Virus record (IMG/VR): IMGVR_UViG_3300044635_002180
Location: 1 to 64,000 of that record
Direction: 5' to 3' (one strand)
Length of the DNA stretch: 64,000 nucleotides
Origin: a virus
The notes beneath the pieces were generated by a model. That model was given only the letters and a program-made list of their open reading frames with translations. It was not told the DNA's origin and ran no database searches. Below, one piece after another: positions 1-8,563 of the stretch. Within the stretch, counting starts at the first letter, position 1. The number at the start of each line of letters is the position of its first letter. A program made the position numbers and the translations under genes.

Positions 1-28
1 CTGCGTCTTGCCTGCGCGCCACACGCTC
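1..28 (-). tRNA. 5' fragment of a probable class II-type tRNA (Leu/Ser/Tyr-like D arm), truncated by the window edge
   Basis: The minus strand reads aattt|GAGCGTG-TG-GCG-CGCAGGCAAGA-CGC-AG: a 7-nt acceptor strand, U8-G9, a 3-bp D stem GCG/CGC and GG in the D loop. It is a GC-rich island in AT-rich DNA. The anticodon lies outside the window. Confidence 0.45.
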
Positions 29-34
29 AAATTG

Positions 35-451
35 TTATTCATCACCTAAATTTTCAAAATCCCTACCAAAACCTTCAAAGTCACACAAGCTAATTTTCGT
101 TGGCCAGTTGGTAATTATACCATTCTCATTAATTTTGAGATCAACATAATCACCAAACTCACCAGGAACAATACCATGAGGCACATAATCGTTGCGTTCA
201 GCAATGTTGATACCTTCGCTATCACGCAAGATGTATATGCCACCATCAACCACTTTCATGTACATGTCCAGCGTTTTGCCGCGAGGCCAATCATAGATCC
301 CACCTGTTGCAATATCGATTTCAGCTTGCCATTTATCTCCATAACGCCCTGGTGCATCATAAGGAATATCTTCATCATTATACCGCACAGGTAGAATGAC
401 ATCAATGGTCTGAACGTCTACTTCTCTTTGAATAGTTTGAGTAAATTTCAT
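35..451 (-). CDS. conserved phage hypothetical protein (acidic; YVP...GDYVDLKI motif)
   Basis: ORF coupled to the upstream gene (stop at 453, ATG at 451). Confidence 0.7.
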   Translation of the reverse strand: MKFTQTIQREVDVQTIDVILPVRYNDEDIPYDAPGRYGDKWQAEIDIATGGIYDWPRGKTLDMYMKVVDGGIYILRDSEGINIAERNDYVPHGIVPGEFGDYVDLKINENGIITNWPTKISLCDFEGFGRDFENLGDE

Positions 452-452
452 A

Positions 453-1019
453 TTAGTCGTGATCGTATTTGTCGGTTTCAATTCCATCGCGAGTGATGAT
501 CACTTTGACGTGATCCCCAACCATGTCCATCCAATTGTCATCATCAACAACTTTAAGAGCTTCACGGAAAGCATCAACTGCTTCTTTGTAAAGAGGGTTG
601 AAATCAGGATTAGGCTTCTTGACCCATCTAGTCTTGCTGTAATGTGATCCACCCCATTCGCGATTAGAAGGATCATAATCAGGATTTGGTTCTTCAACGT
701 AGATGGTTTTACGAGACAACTTTAGAACATCTACATTTTCTCCCTCTTGCTCATCATCATCTTCATCATAACCATTGAATTGGCAGTATTCATGATTCAC
801 ACTATATTCGCATGTGTCGCCGTCATTAAAAAAAGGCTGAAAAGCGGTAAAAGAAACACTATTAACAAACGGATATTCATCAAAAAGCTCTTTCAATGAG
901 TTGTGAAACTCACTGCGCAATTCAGTTGCCATTTCTTGCTTGAGTTTACTAATTTTTTCGTTTGCAGCTTCAATTTTTTGTTTAAGTAGGTCAATTTTTT
1001 TCATATTTGTTATCTCCAT
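453..1019 (-). CDS. conserved phage hypothetical protein (N-terminal coiled coil, PFFNDGDTCEY motif)
   Basis: 188-aa ORF with a sigma70-like promoter 7 nt upstream. Confidence 0.75.
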   Translation of the reverse strand: MEITNMKKIDLLKQKIEAANEKISKLKQEMATELRSEFHNSLKELFDEYPFVNSVSFTAFQPFFNDGDTCEYSVNHEYCQFNGYDEDDDEQEGENVDVLKLSRKTIYVEEPNPDYDPSNREWGGSHYSKTRWVKKPNPDFNPLYKEAVDAFREALKVVDDDNWMDMVGDHVKVIITRDGIETDKYDHD

Positions 1020-1026
1020 CGTTGTA

Positions 1027-1054
1027 ATAATAGACTCTTTTGAATAAATATCAA
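1027..1054. promoter_or_regulatory. overlapping divergent promoters: sigma70-type on minus (TTGATA-16-TATTAT) and late TAAATA on plus (1045-1050)
   Basis: Read directly; ATGs at 1019 (-) and 1056 (+). Confidence 0.6.
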
Positions 1055-1055
1055 C

Positions 1056-1958
1056 ATGTATATTGTATATAAAACAACAAATTTAATTTCCGGTAAGATT
1101 TATGTTGGTGTTCATTGTGTTAAAAAGATGAATGATGCTTATCTTGGTTCGGGTGTGCAGCTCAAAAAAGCTGTAAAGAAATATGGAAGACAGAATTTTG
1201 CAAGAGAAACTCTATTTGAGTTTGCAAATGAGCAGGATGCTTATGACAAAGAACAGGAAATTGTCAACATTGAGTTCATTAGTAGGTCAGACACATACAA
1301 CACCTGCATTGGTGGTAGGAATGCTGGACGAAAATTTGAAGTGGGTATTATCATGTGCAGAGACATTCATGGAAATGTTCATAGAGTCACAAAAGAGGAT
1401 GAAAGATATAAATCTGGTGAGTTGCAGCATATTGGATCAAAGAGAGGTCTGGTGAGGATTATTAACATCAATACTAACAAGCAGTTAGAAGTATCTCTTG
1501 ATGTAGCAAAAGAAATGGTGCAAACTGGTCAATACGAGTATTGGTCAAAAGGTTATTGCAAATACATTGACTCAGCAGGCAAATACTATTGGATTAAAAA
1601 TACAGATCCTATTATCAAAAAATTCAACTTAACAGCATGGTTTAAAAACAAAGTTGTTGTAAAGGATAAAGATGGTAACATCAAATCAATCAACAACAAT
1701 GATTGGAAAAAATCTGGTGAATTTGTAAGCATAGTAAAAGATACAGTGACAGTTAAAGATGTATTTGGCCATTATCATAGAGTTTCTATTGCAGACCCAC
1801 GCTACACATCTGGTGAATTAGTGGGGGTAAACAGTGGTAGAAAAGGTTTAACAACTCATCTTAACAGTATCAAAAAAACGTGTGAGCATTGCTCTAAACA
1901 AGCTAGCTTAGCAAATTACAAAAGATGGCATGGTACAAACTGCAAGCATAAGCTTTAG
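1056..1958 (+). CDS. GIY-YIG homing endonuclease (Seg-like, free-standing)
   Basis: YIVYKTTNLISGKIYVG...YLGSG...KKYG..NF.RE...E..YN...GG; repeated small DNA-binding modules; C-terminal CEHC...KRWHGTNCK; antisense to its neighbours. Confidence 0.9.
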   Translation: MYIVYKTTNLISGKIYVGVHCVKKMNDAYLGSGVQLKKAVKKYGRQNFARETLFEFANEQDAYDKEQEIVNIEFISRSDTYNTCIGGRNAGRKFEVGIIMCRDIHGNVHRVTKEDERYKSGELQHIGSKRGLVRIININTNKQLEVSLDVAKEMVQTGQYEYWSKGYCKYIDSAGKYYWIKNTDPIIKKFNLTAWFKNKVVVKDKDGNIKSINNNDWKKSGEFVSIVKDTVTVKDVFGHYHRVSIADPRYTSGELVGVNSGRKGLTTHLNSIKKTCEHCSKQASLANYKRWHGTNCKHKL

Positions 1959-2215
1959 TCAATATAAATTGTGCTTTTGTTTATTCAACGGTTTCTTTGC
2001 AAACAACTGTCAGACCAGTAACAATTACGTTGTTATAACAATTACTTTCAAGATCCGGTCCTAGTCTAATTTCCCAATGAGTAGGCTTAATGCCTCGTGC
2101 ATGAAGCGATTCATTAATCATTCCTGCTAGTTCTGCTTCTGTGAAGCGATATGTAATTTCTTTTTGCATGTTAGTCAATGTGAATTTGTTTTTGTGTTTG
2201 TTCAACTGTTTCTTT
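1955..2215. repeat. imperfect ~45-bp direct repeat (1955-1998 and 2171-2215) flanking a small gene
   Basis: Manual alignment gives 36/45 identities. Confidence 0.6.
1981..2169 (-). CDS. small hypothetical protein
   Basis: ATG at 2169, 1 nt after the upstream stop. Confidence 0.55.
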   Translation of the reverse strand: MQKEITYRFTEAELAGMINESLHARGIKPTHWEIRLGPDLESNCYNNVIVTGLTVVCKETVE

Positions 2216-2590
2216 TATTTTTCTTTGTCTGAGGATGAGTGCATGTGATGGAGGTGAACCCTTACCATTCATCATCCAATCCGGAACATTCATGCAGTCC
2301 AAATAGTCAGAAGCACTTGGAATGAATCCATTGAAGTCTTCTGAAATGTGCTGTTCACCAATGTCGCGAGTGGAGATGAGCTTGCCATCAGATTTGCGTT
2401 TGAACACTTCACCAAACACTCGAGTCAGTACAGTTGATACAAACCAAGTGTTGTGGGTTAATGCGCGATGACTTGGAAGAGATGTTACAGCTTTGGAGCT
2501 GTCCATGAACTCATGGATCTCAATGTAGTCCTCAAAAGTACCTCCGTATCTGCGCGCAGAAGATCTAGCATGTATTAATGGTTTACTCAT
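2171..2590 (-). CDS. DUF6915-like His-rich protein
   Basis: MSKPLIHARSSARRYGG..EDY..IH..MD.SK.....HRAL.H...EQH..ED. Confidence 0.75.
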   Translation of the reverse strand: MSKPLIHARSSARRYGGTFEDYIEIHEFMDSSKAVTSLPSHRALTHNTWFVSTVLTRVFGEVFKRKSDGKLISTRDIGEQHISEDFNGFIPSASDYLDCMNVPDWMMNGKGSPPSHALILRQRKIKETVEQTQKQIHID

Positions 2591-2624
2591 ACAATTATTA
2601 TAACGACTTTCCTATCTATTAGAT

Positions 2625-3197
2625 TTAACATATAGGATATTTGCAAGGACCCAATCCACATGTTGCACATGTTCGTGGACTTGCAAACCCCGCTGCATTC
2701 AGCAATTGACTACAATTAAGAGTCTGAATCTGAACTGCAATGGGATTATTCATATCTGGCTTCTCTGGTTGAGGTGCCATTGCTTCGGGTTCACGATCGT
2801 TCCAGATGTTGTCCAGGAAGATCTCCAGTGCATCCAATGCTTGTCCCAATCCTGCGCGGTCGTCTAGCAAAATATTGTAATAGATCTTACCATTGTTGCC
2901 AAACGGGAGCTTGATGGGGTTCTCATTGATTGCATCTACATGAATGCCATTGTCTTTCATGTAGTTTTTCATGAAGTCGAATCGTTCAGGAGCAGATGCA
3001 GTCCAAAGAACCACATAGAATCCAACCGCAGCACACTGCTTTACAACATCGATAGCTCTTTCATGCAGAGCGCCCATCTTGTGAAAGTCGTAAACTGTAT
3101 CATCAAAATCCACTGCAACGACGAGCTTGGGATGTTTTTTGTATTCTTTGTGCAACCGCTTGACAATGTTGCTGGTGCTTGAAAAGGGGTCTGTCAT
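2625..3197 (-). CDS. HAD-superfamily phosphatase with a fused C-terminal Cys-rich tail
   Basis: VAVDFDDT (motif I), LWTA (II), K (III), LLDDRAG (IV); tail PRTCATCGLGPC. Confidence 0.8.
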   Translation of the reverse strand: MTDPFSSTSNIVKRLHKEYKKHPKLVVAVDFDDTVYDFHKMGALHERAIDVVKQCAAVGFYVVLWTASAPERFDFMKNYMKDNGIHVDAINENPIKLPFGNNGKIYYNILLDDRAGLGQALDALEIFLDNIWNDREPEAMAPQPEKPDMNNPIAVQIQTLNCSQLLNAAGFASPRTCATCGLGPCKYPIC

Positions 3198-3198
3198 C

Positions 3199-3462
3199 TT
3201 AGTGTTCGGTGAAAATTACTTTGCCTTCCATCAGACCAAAATTGGAATCTTCTTCCATGGTAATGACATCAGGTGTTTCACCTGCTTTGCGAGGACGATG
3301 AATGTACCAAAGCTCTTCTTCCTTCCAAGTTGCAGCTACAAACTCTGCATTGACTGGCAAGTCAACTTTCATTGAGCCTCCAAACGATTTAGCCATTTGA
3401 TTTTCAGTGCAGCTAGCAAATGCAAGCGCTGCAATAAGAGAGAGAATAAATTTCTTTTTCAT
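3199..3462 (-). CDS. small lipoprotein
   Basis: Signal peptide with lipobox AFASC; leaderless sigma70 promoter. Confidence 0.7.
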   Translation of the reverse strand: MKKKFILSLIAALAFASCTENQMAKSFGGSMKVDLPVNAEFVAATWKEEELWYIHRPRKAGETPDVITMEEDSNFGLMEGKVIFTEH

Positions 3463-3467
3463 GTAAT

Positions 3468-3496
3468 ATTATAACACAGGTGATATAAAAAAGCAA
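3468..3496 (-). promoter_or_regulatory. sigma70-type promoter TTGCTT-17-TATAAT, 5 nt before ATG
   Basis: Read directly. Confidence 0.75.
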
Positions 3497-3523
3497 ATGC
3501 AGAAGAGGAAAACCTCTTCTGCA
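3487..3523 (-). terminator. intrinsic terminator after the SPFH gene
   Basis: 11-bp stem tgcagaagagg-aaaa-cctcttctgca (3498-3523) followed by a T-tract on minus. Confidence 0.8.
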
Positions 3524-3546
3524 CTTTTATTGCTATGATGTTATGA

Positions 3547-4611
3547 TTACTGACTGACCTTAAGTCCTGGAATTCCCATAAGCGTCGTCACATTATCTGT
3601 GCCGATATAACTCTGTGGCAACTTACCATCCCATTGTGTATTGAACTCCTTGGTTACATTGAGACGTTGCATTTCAATGTATAGCGGGTTGCTTTGAGCT
3701 TCCTGAAGAGCCTTGGCTTCTAATGTAATAGCCTCAGCTTTACCAGCAGCTTCCAATTTATAGGCAGCTGCTTTACCTTCTGCTTCTTTCTGGAATGCTT
3801 CAGCTTTAGCCTGTGCTTCAGACAACATCTTTTGGTTGATAGAATCCTGTGCTTCAAAGGTAGCAAGGTTCTTATTCTTCTCCTGCTGAGCGACGAACAC
3901 ACCGTCAATGGCTTCTTGAATCTTTTCATTCTCATAGACGAAGCCTCCGAACATACCGATATTGGTAATAGTAATACCTCGCTCGATGAAGAACTTCTTA
4001 ACATCAGTCTGAATGCTTTCCGACATTTCACCCTTCATCTCTCGTAGCTTATCCATCTTCTGCTTAGCAGCAAATGTCTGTGCTACTTCCATGACGCGAC
4101 CATGCACTTCCGTATCCATTACATCCTTGAGCGCTCGCCCAGCATACATATAAAGGAACTTACTTGCATTAGGAGCCTCAATATAAGCGCTTACATTAAA
4201 CCCAATACTAAATCCAACCGAGTCCTGACTTTCAATCCAGATGGAATCATCACCCTGACGTCGAATAGGTCGCCCATTTGGATCAACACTAGACTGCCAT
4301 TGAACAGTAACAGGTGCTCGATCAACTTTGATGAGGATCAGTTCTGGGATGTATTCACCATCAATCCACAAAAATCCTGTTGGGCGCCACTTCTTAGGAA
4401 TCTCAATTCGACCAACACTGATCTTGTTCTTCTCGAGGAATTCCTCTGAATCGAATTTGACCTGTTTGTCTCGCTCACCTTCTAGTGGAACAAGGAATGC
4501 AGTTTCATTTGGAGCAATCTGCTGTTGATCTGGCGCATTGTATGGGCGGCAAGAGCTGAACAGCATGGTGATTGCGATTGCGAGTAGAGTAACTAGCTTT
4601 GTGTATTTCAT
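3547..4611 (-). CDS. SPFH/band-7 (prohibitin-like) domain lipoprotein
   Basis: Lipobox-like FSSC, band-7-like core (GITITNIG, I..AI), Ala/Glu-rich coiled coil, C-terminal WDGKLP. Confidence 0.85.
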   Translation of the reverse strand: MKYTKLVTLLAIAITMLFSSCRPYNAPDQQQIAPNETAFLVPLEGERDKQVKFDSEEFLEKNKISVGRIEIPKKWRPTGFLWIDGEYIPELILIKVDRAPVTVQWQSSVDPNGRPIRRQGDDSIWIESQDSVGFSIGFNVSAYIEAPNASKFLYMYAGRALKDVMDTEVHGRVMEVAQTFAAKQKMDKLREMKGEMSESIQTDVKKFFIERGITITNIGMFGGFVYENEKIQEAIDGVFVAQQEKNKNLATFEAQDSINQKMLSEAQAKAEAFQKEAEGKAAAYKLEAAGKAEAITLEAKALQEAQSNPLYIEMQRLNVTKEFNTQWDGKLPQSYIGTDNVTTLMGIPGLKVSQ

Positions 4612-4659
4612 GTTTTGTTTATTTGTTTTCTTTAACGAGATTAATATACGTTGTGTTTA

Positions 4660-4908
4660 TTACGCTTCAACGGTTTTCTTTGCTGGTTTCCAAATTGCAA
4701 TCAGCGCTGAGATACCTAGCACAGCAACAAAGCTGTTGATGTATCCAATGTTGTCTGCAATCTGAAACATCTGGTAACTAGATTCAGTATTATCAAACTG
4801 ACCTAGAGCCAAATACTTTCGAGTAATGGTTTCTGTTTTATTAATAAAGGCAAATGGAATACTCCAAACGCCAAATACAAATAAGGTTTTAAGGATTTTA
4901 CTTTTCAT
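4660..4908 (-). CDS. small two-TM membrane protein
   Basis: Two hydrophobic segments; directly upstream of the SPFH gene. Confidence 0.65.
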   Translation of the reverse strand: MKSKILKTLFVFGVWSIPFAFINKTETITRKYLALGQFDNTESSYQMFQIADNIGYINSFVAVLGISALIAIWKPAKKTVEA

Positions 4909-5267
4909 TTGTTATTCTTTTTGGTTGGTGCTGCTGCTTTTGTGGTAGCACTGAGTTGTGATTCAATTTTATTGTGTTGTTCACGACTACAATGAAGAGT
5001 CCACTCGTGAGTTGTAGGCGGTGTTGCACGTTGTTCGATGAAACCAATAATGGTGCGTTCATCATCAGTGCCTATATGGATACGTTCAACGCTAAATGCT
5101 ACAAAGCCAGCAGCTTTTGCGACATCAAAATCAATTGCAAAATTGACTTTACTTCTTTCAGCATCAATCTCATCGTAATAAGTGGAGACGAAATTTGGTA
5201 GCTTCTGTTGTACCGGTGTTGGTGGCTCTGCAACAGGTGTTGGTTTGCGTTTAAATAGATTGAACAT
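4905..5267 (-). CDS. hypothetical protein
   Basis: ORF with ATGA overlap. Confidence 0.65.
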   Translation of the reverse strand: MFNLFKRKPTPVAEPPTPVQQKLPNFVSTYYDEIDAERSKVNFAIDFDVAKAAGFVAFSVERIHIGTDDERTIIGFIEQRATPPTTHEWTLHCSREQHNKIESQLSATTKAAAPTKKNNK

Positions 5268-5276
5268 AGCTATATA

Positions 5277-6743
5277 TTAAATGTGTTTTGCAAGATTGCT
5301 ACGGATTTCTGCAAGAGTCCAATCTTTCACAAGATTGCCATTCTCGAAGACCTTGACGAATTCGCAGTTGTTAACTTCATCCCAAGTGGCTTGATCCTTG
5401 AGATAGAATTCACCATTGGCATCTTTATAGACTGCGGTCAATCCCTTAGCACTCTTCTTGAACGAAGCACCCTTAGGCGACTTGAAGATCTCCTTATCAA
5501 CGCCATTGATCTTGGCAAAGGTTGCCTTGACTGCGTAACCATCAGTGTCACGCGTTGCATACTGGTAAGTGAAGCTGCCAATGCCAAATACAATGTTGGT
5601 GCTGGCAAAGCCTTTGCGCTTGAGACCTTCACAGATCTGCTGAGCACGTTCCAAAGTGATGCTGTCGCCATAGATCAATCCTACATGTGGATCAAGCTCT
5701 TTGAAGCCTTTGTCATTGACTTTGCCACCAAAGACTTCCCACAGACACTCAATGGAGCCTTTATATTCAGGAGAATCTTTTTCTGCATCTTCATTACCAA
5801 CAACCACCTTGACTGGATCTCCAGTATCGGGACGAAAGACTACCTTGCCATCACGCTGCATGATCTCATTCTTGAGCTCACGAGCAATGTTGGTAAGAGT
5901 ATTCCAATAGTCCCATGTGTCTGATACAATGCTGACAATGCCTTTGGGATACACTTCATTGATCAATCGACGGAAGGTACCAATCTCATCATCAGCACCA
6001 CCTGCGCACATGACGCTGTGTTCAGTTGCAGCAACGCTACCACCAACAAGCTCCTTGGTTGCATCAGCATTGTAGTATTGCTCCAAGAAGTCAATGGCTG
6101 GAATGGTATCAGTGCCTGTGAAGCTGAACAAGTGAGCAGCACCACTCATGCAAGCGGCCTCCAAACCGAACATACCACGGAAGCTGAAATCATGACCCTG
6201 CCATTGAACGAAATCAGTATTGCCAACAGTCTCTGCAGCATATTTAGTCAGCAGCTTCTTATACTGGTGAGCAGTAGTTGCACTGGTGCACATACCCCAA
6301 ACACTGGTAGACAAGATAGTCTCTAAGTAGTTGGTGAACCATCCAAAGCGCTCATCTGTATTCCATAGCACCAAGCTTGGCACCTTGAGAGGATGCTCAC
6401 TACCTTCAGGCAAAGCGAGAATCACAATAGGCAGATGGCCTAATTCATGCAAATCACGAATGTGCTGTTCACCAACATCATTGGGACCAAGATAGTTGTT
6501 GATGCGGTTGCGGAACTTCTCCATCACTTGTTCAATGGGCTTATGGAAGAAATTTTCATCCCACTGCTTGATGAGATATTCCTTGACGAAATACTGTAAT
6601 CCTGCAAAGACAACTTTGTCAGTATTGGTGCGACGAGTGCTTCGAGCGGTAAGATTGCTGAAGATGATTTCAGTATTGTCGGGGTATTGACGACGATGAT
6701 CGACTTTGTAGCCGTCGATTAGTGTAGCTGGGTTTGTAATCAT
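5277..6743 (-). CDS. nadV: nicotinamide phosphoribosyltransferase family protein (Nampt; probable Namat of NARP1)
   Basis: DGYKVDH, HDFSFRG, GTDT, ATEHSVMC, SIVSDTWD, VFRPDTGDP, IYGDSIT, GIGSFTYQ, KKSAKG. Confidence 0.93.
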   Translation of the reverse strand: MITNPATLIDGYKVDHRRQYPDNTEIIFSNLTARSTRRTNTDKVVFAGLQYFVKEYLIKQWDENFFHKPIEQVMEKFRNRINNYLGPNDVGEQHIRDLHELGHLPIVILALPEGSEHPLKVPSLVLWNTDERFGWFTNYLETILSTSVWGMCTSATTAHQYKKLLTKYAAETVGNTDFVQWQGHDFSFRGMFGLEAACMSGAAHLFSFTGTDTIPAIDFLEQYYNADATKELVGGSVAATEHSVMCAGGADDEIGTFRRLINEVYPKGIVSIVSDTWDYWNTLTNIARELKNEIMQRDGKVVFRPDTGDPVKVVVGNEDAEKDSPEYKGSIECLWEVFGGKVNDKGFKELDPHVGLIYGDSITLERAQQICEGLKRKGFASTNIVFGIGSFTYQYATRDTDGYAVKATFAKINGVDKEIFKSPKGASFKKSAKGLTAVYKDANGEFYLKDQATWDEVNNCEFVKVFENGNLVKDWTLAEIRSNLAKHI

Positions 6744-6748
6744 GTTAA

Positions 6749-6777
6749 ATTATAATATGTGTTTAGTTGTTATGCAA
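6749..6777 (-). promoter_or_regulatory. sigma70-type promoter TTGCAT-17-TATAAT, 5 nt before the Nampt ATG
   Basis: Read directly; the -35 lies in the 3' end of the NDT gene. Confidence 0.75.
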
Positions 6778-7281
6778 CGCAAATCGAAGAACTTGATTTA
6801 CTAATTCATCTTTTGAATGAACGATTCTATTAGCAAGTTTTATATCTCTCAATCCTGTTTGATAGAAGACATCATTCTTACGTTTATATTCAGGATCAGT
6901 ACCAATAAAAATCTTGTCATGGTCATGCGTATGAAGCGCACTGCCCAATTCAAATAAGGTAATAGGTGCAAGTGTTTCAGGTGCGAACCAAAACAGAATG
7001 TAGTCGCACTGATGAATGCATTGATACTCCCACGTAATCTGTTCTCTTTCGAGTTCAGGATTCAATGCATCATAGTTGCTCCGTCGAGGATTGAACACGT
7101 TCAAAACGTCAATGATTCGCAAGCTTATAATGCCATGTTGAGTTGCGGGAGCATATGCTAACTCTTTCTGCCAATCCTCAGCGCCTGTAATAGATCCAGC
7201 CATAAAAATACTCCTGGCTGGATCTCTACGAGCGACCGCAAGATTGTATTGAGGTGCTTCGATATACATTCTTTCTTTCAT
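6763..7281 (-). CDS. nucleoside 2-deoxyribosyltransferase-like protein (NDT fold N-glycosidase)
   Basis: IFMAGSI..AEDWQ, VFNPRR, EQITWE, ILFWF, PITLFELG (catalytic Glu position). Confidence 0.85.
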   Translation of the reverse strand: MKERMYIEAPQYNLAVARRDPARSIFMAGSITGAEDWQKELAYAPATQHGIISLRIIDVLNVFNPRRSNYDALNPELEREQITWEYQCIHQCDYILFWFAPETLAPITLFELGSALHTHDHDKIFIGTDPEYKRKNDVFYQTGLRDIKLANRIVHSKDELVNQVLRFALHNN

Positions 7282-7283
7282 AA

Positions 7284-8165
7284 TCAAATTAAGCTAATGA
7301 TTGGTGTAATGTTGAGCATGACACTGCGGTCAGCAAACTCTTTGCTGTTGGTTGTGAATACACCATCAATGCCTGACTCTTTGAGAATTCGAAGTATAGC
7401 AGTGCCCTCGTAATGGGAAACTACCAAGTATACCTTTTCGGCACCCTTTGCCTTGAGCACTTTGGCAAGAGCACAAAACGTACCACCTTTACTGCAAATG
7501 TCATCCACAATGATGCAATGTTTGCCGGTCAAATCATCTGCATACACCGTGGTCTCGATAATCTCACCCGTTGCAACATTGCGCAGCTTGTCAGCACGAA
7601 CAACAGGAACATCTTTGTATCCATCCTTGTAAAGATGTTTAGCAACATTGGCAACTTTTTTGTTGCTGCCTGCATCAGGAGAGACAAGGACAGCACGCTT
7701 CATGAAGTCAGTCGACATGCCGTTAACAATTTCACCATTAAGCCTAGAGAAAACATGAGCCACGAACTCACAATTGTCAACGACTTCTACATTGTTGAGC
7801 AATGCTGGTGTCACATCGCTATGAGGATCAAACACAACAACTCTGTCAAACTTCATAGCGTTGATGAGATCTGCATATACTTTGACGCTTAAAGGTTCTC
7901 CTTCATTACAGACACGGTCTTGACGAGCTGCTGGGAAGTATGGAATCTTGAGACTCATGCTTTTGCAACCAGCACGGCGCAATGCATCGACAATCAAAGC
8001 AAGTTTGATAATTTCAGAATCCTGCATGAATGGCAGAGTAATAGTAACAGATTCCGCCATATGCAATCGTTCTGCATTAAGCTGAACGTGTTGCTCACCT
8101 CCGCCAAAGAAGAAATGCTTGTAGTAAATGTGGTTGTGATCGATGTTAGATTCGATTGTAATCAT
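7284..8165 (-). CDS. prs: ribose-phosphate pyrophosphokinase family protein (probable Adps of NARP1)
   Basis: F.GGE, PYFPAARQDR, DPHS, SPDAG, K.R, IVDDICSKGGT, VSH. Confidence 0.92.
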   Translation of the reverse strand: MITIESNIDHNHIYYKHFFFGGGEQHVQLNAERLHMAESVTITLPFMQDSEIIKLALIVDALRRAGCKSMSLKIPYFPAARQDRVCNEGEPLSVKVYADLINAMKFDRVVVFDPHSDVTPALLNNVEVVDNCEFVAHVFSRLNGEIVNGMSTDFMKRAVLVSPDAGSNKKVANVAKHLYKDGYKDVPVVRADKLRNVATGEIIETTVYADDLTGKHCIIVDDICSKGGTFCALAKVLKAKGAEKVYLVVSHYEGTAILRILKESGIDGVFTTNSKEFADRSVMLNITPIISLI

Positions 8166-8170
8166 GTGTT

Positions 8171-8199
8171 ATAATAAACGATTGTTGTTTGTTAATCAA
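8171..8199 (-). promoter_or_regulatory. sigma70-type promoter TTGATT-17-TATTAT, 5 nt before ATG
   Basis: Read directly. Confidence 0.7.
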
Positions 8200-8202
8200 C
8201 TA

Positions 8203-8562
8203 CTATTGCAGTCTTTCTAGATTGAACTCTTTGATCAGTTTTTCTGCTGGTTCCATATCAATATTGATCCACAAAAAGTAATCAGTGTCTTGAGTATTCA
8301 TTGTGGATGCACCAATGTCATAGTACATCTTGCCTGTAACATAATCTCGCTCATCTCTCAAGATGCATACATAATGAGAGTTTTTTGCAGCTAAGCACAA
8401 CTGCAGAACTTCTTCAATGGTTTTATCAGTAGGTTGCCTTGCCCGGGATACAGAACAATCCAATTGATCAACCCGAACGTCAAAGGCAAGACTCAATGCT
8501 TTGCGCAAGAAGTCTTCCTTTGCGTTGGGTAAACGATATGCTGCTCGTCGGATTTGATTCAT
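8203..8562 (-). CDS. hypothetical protein
   Basis: Start reassigned to the ATG at 8562, 1 nt after the upstream stop. Confidence 0.65.
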   Translation of the reverse strand: MNQIRRAAYRLPNAKEDFLRKALSLAFDVRVDQLDCSVSRARQPTDKTIEEVLQLCLAAKNSHYVCILRDERDYVTGKMYYDIGASTMNTQDTDYFLWINIDMEPAEKLIKEFNLERLQ

Positions 8563-8563
8563 A

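Noticed and set aside
5283-5924. Long antisense ORFs (also 15219-15869, 20232-20888, 49751-50269 and others)
   Set aside because: Shadows of well-supported genes on the opposite strand, with no motifs or promoters
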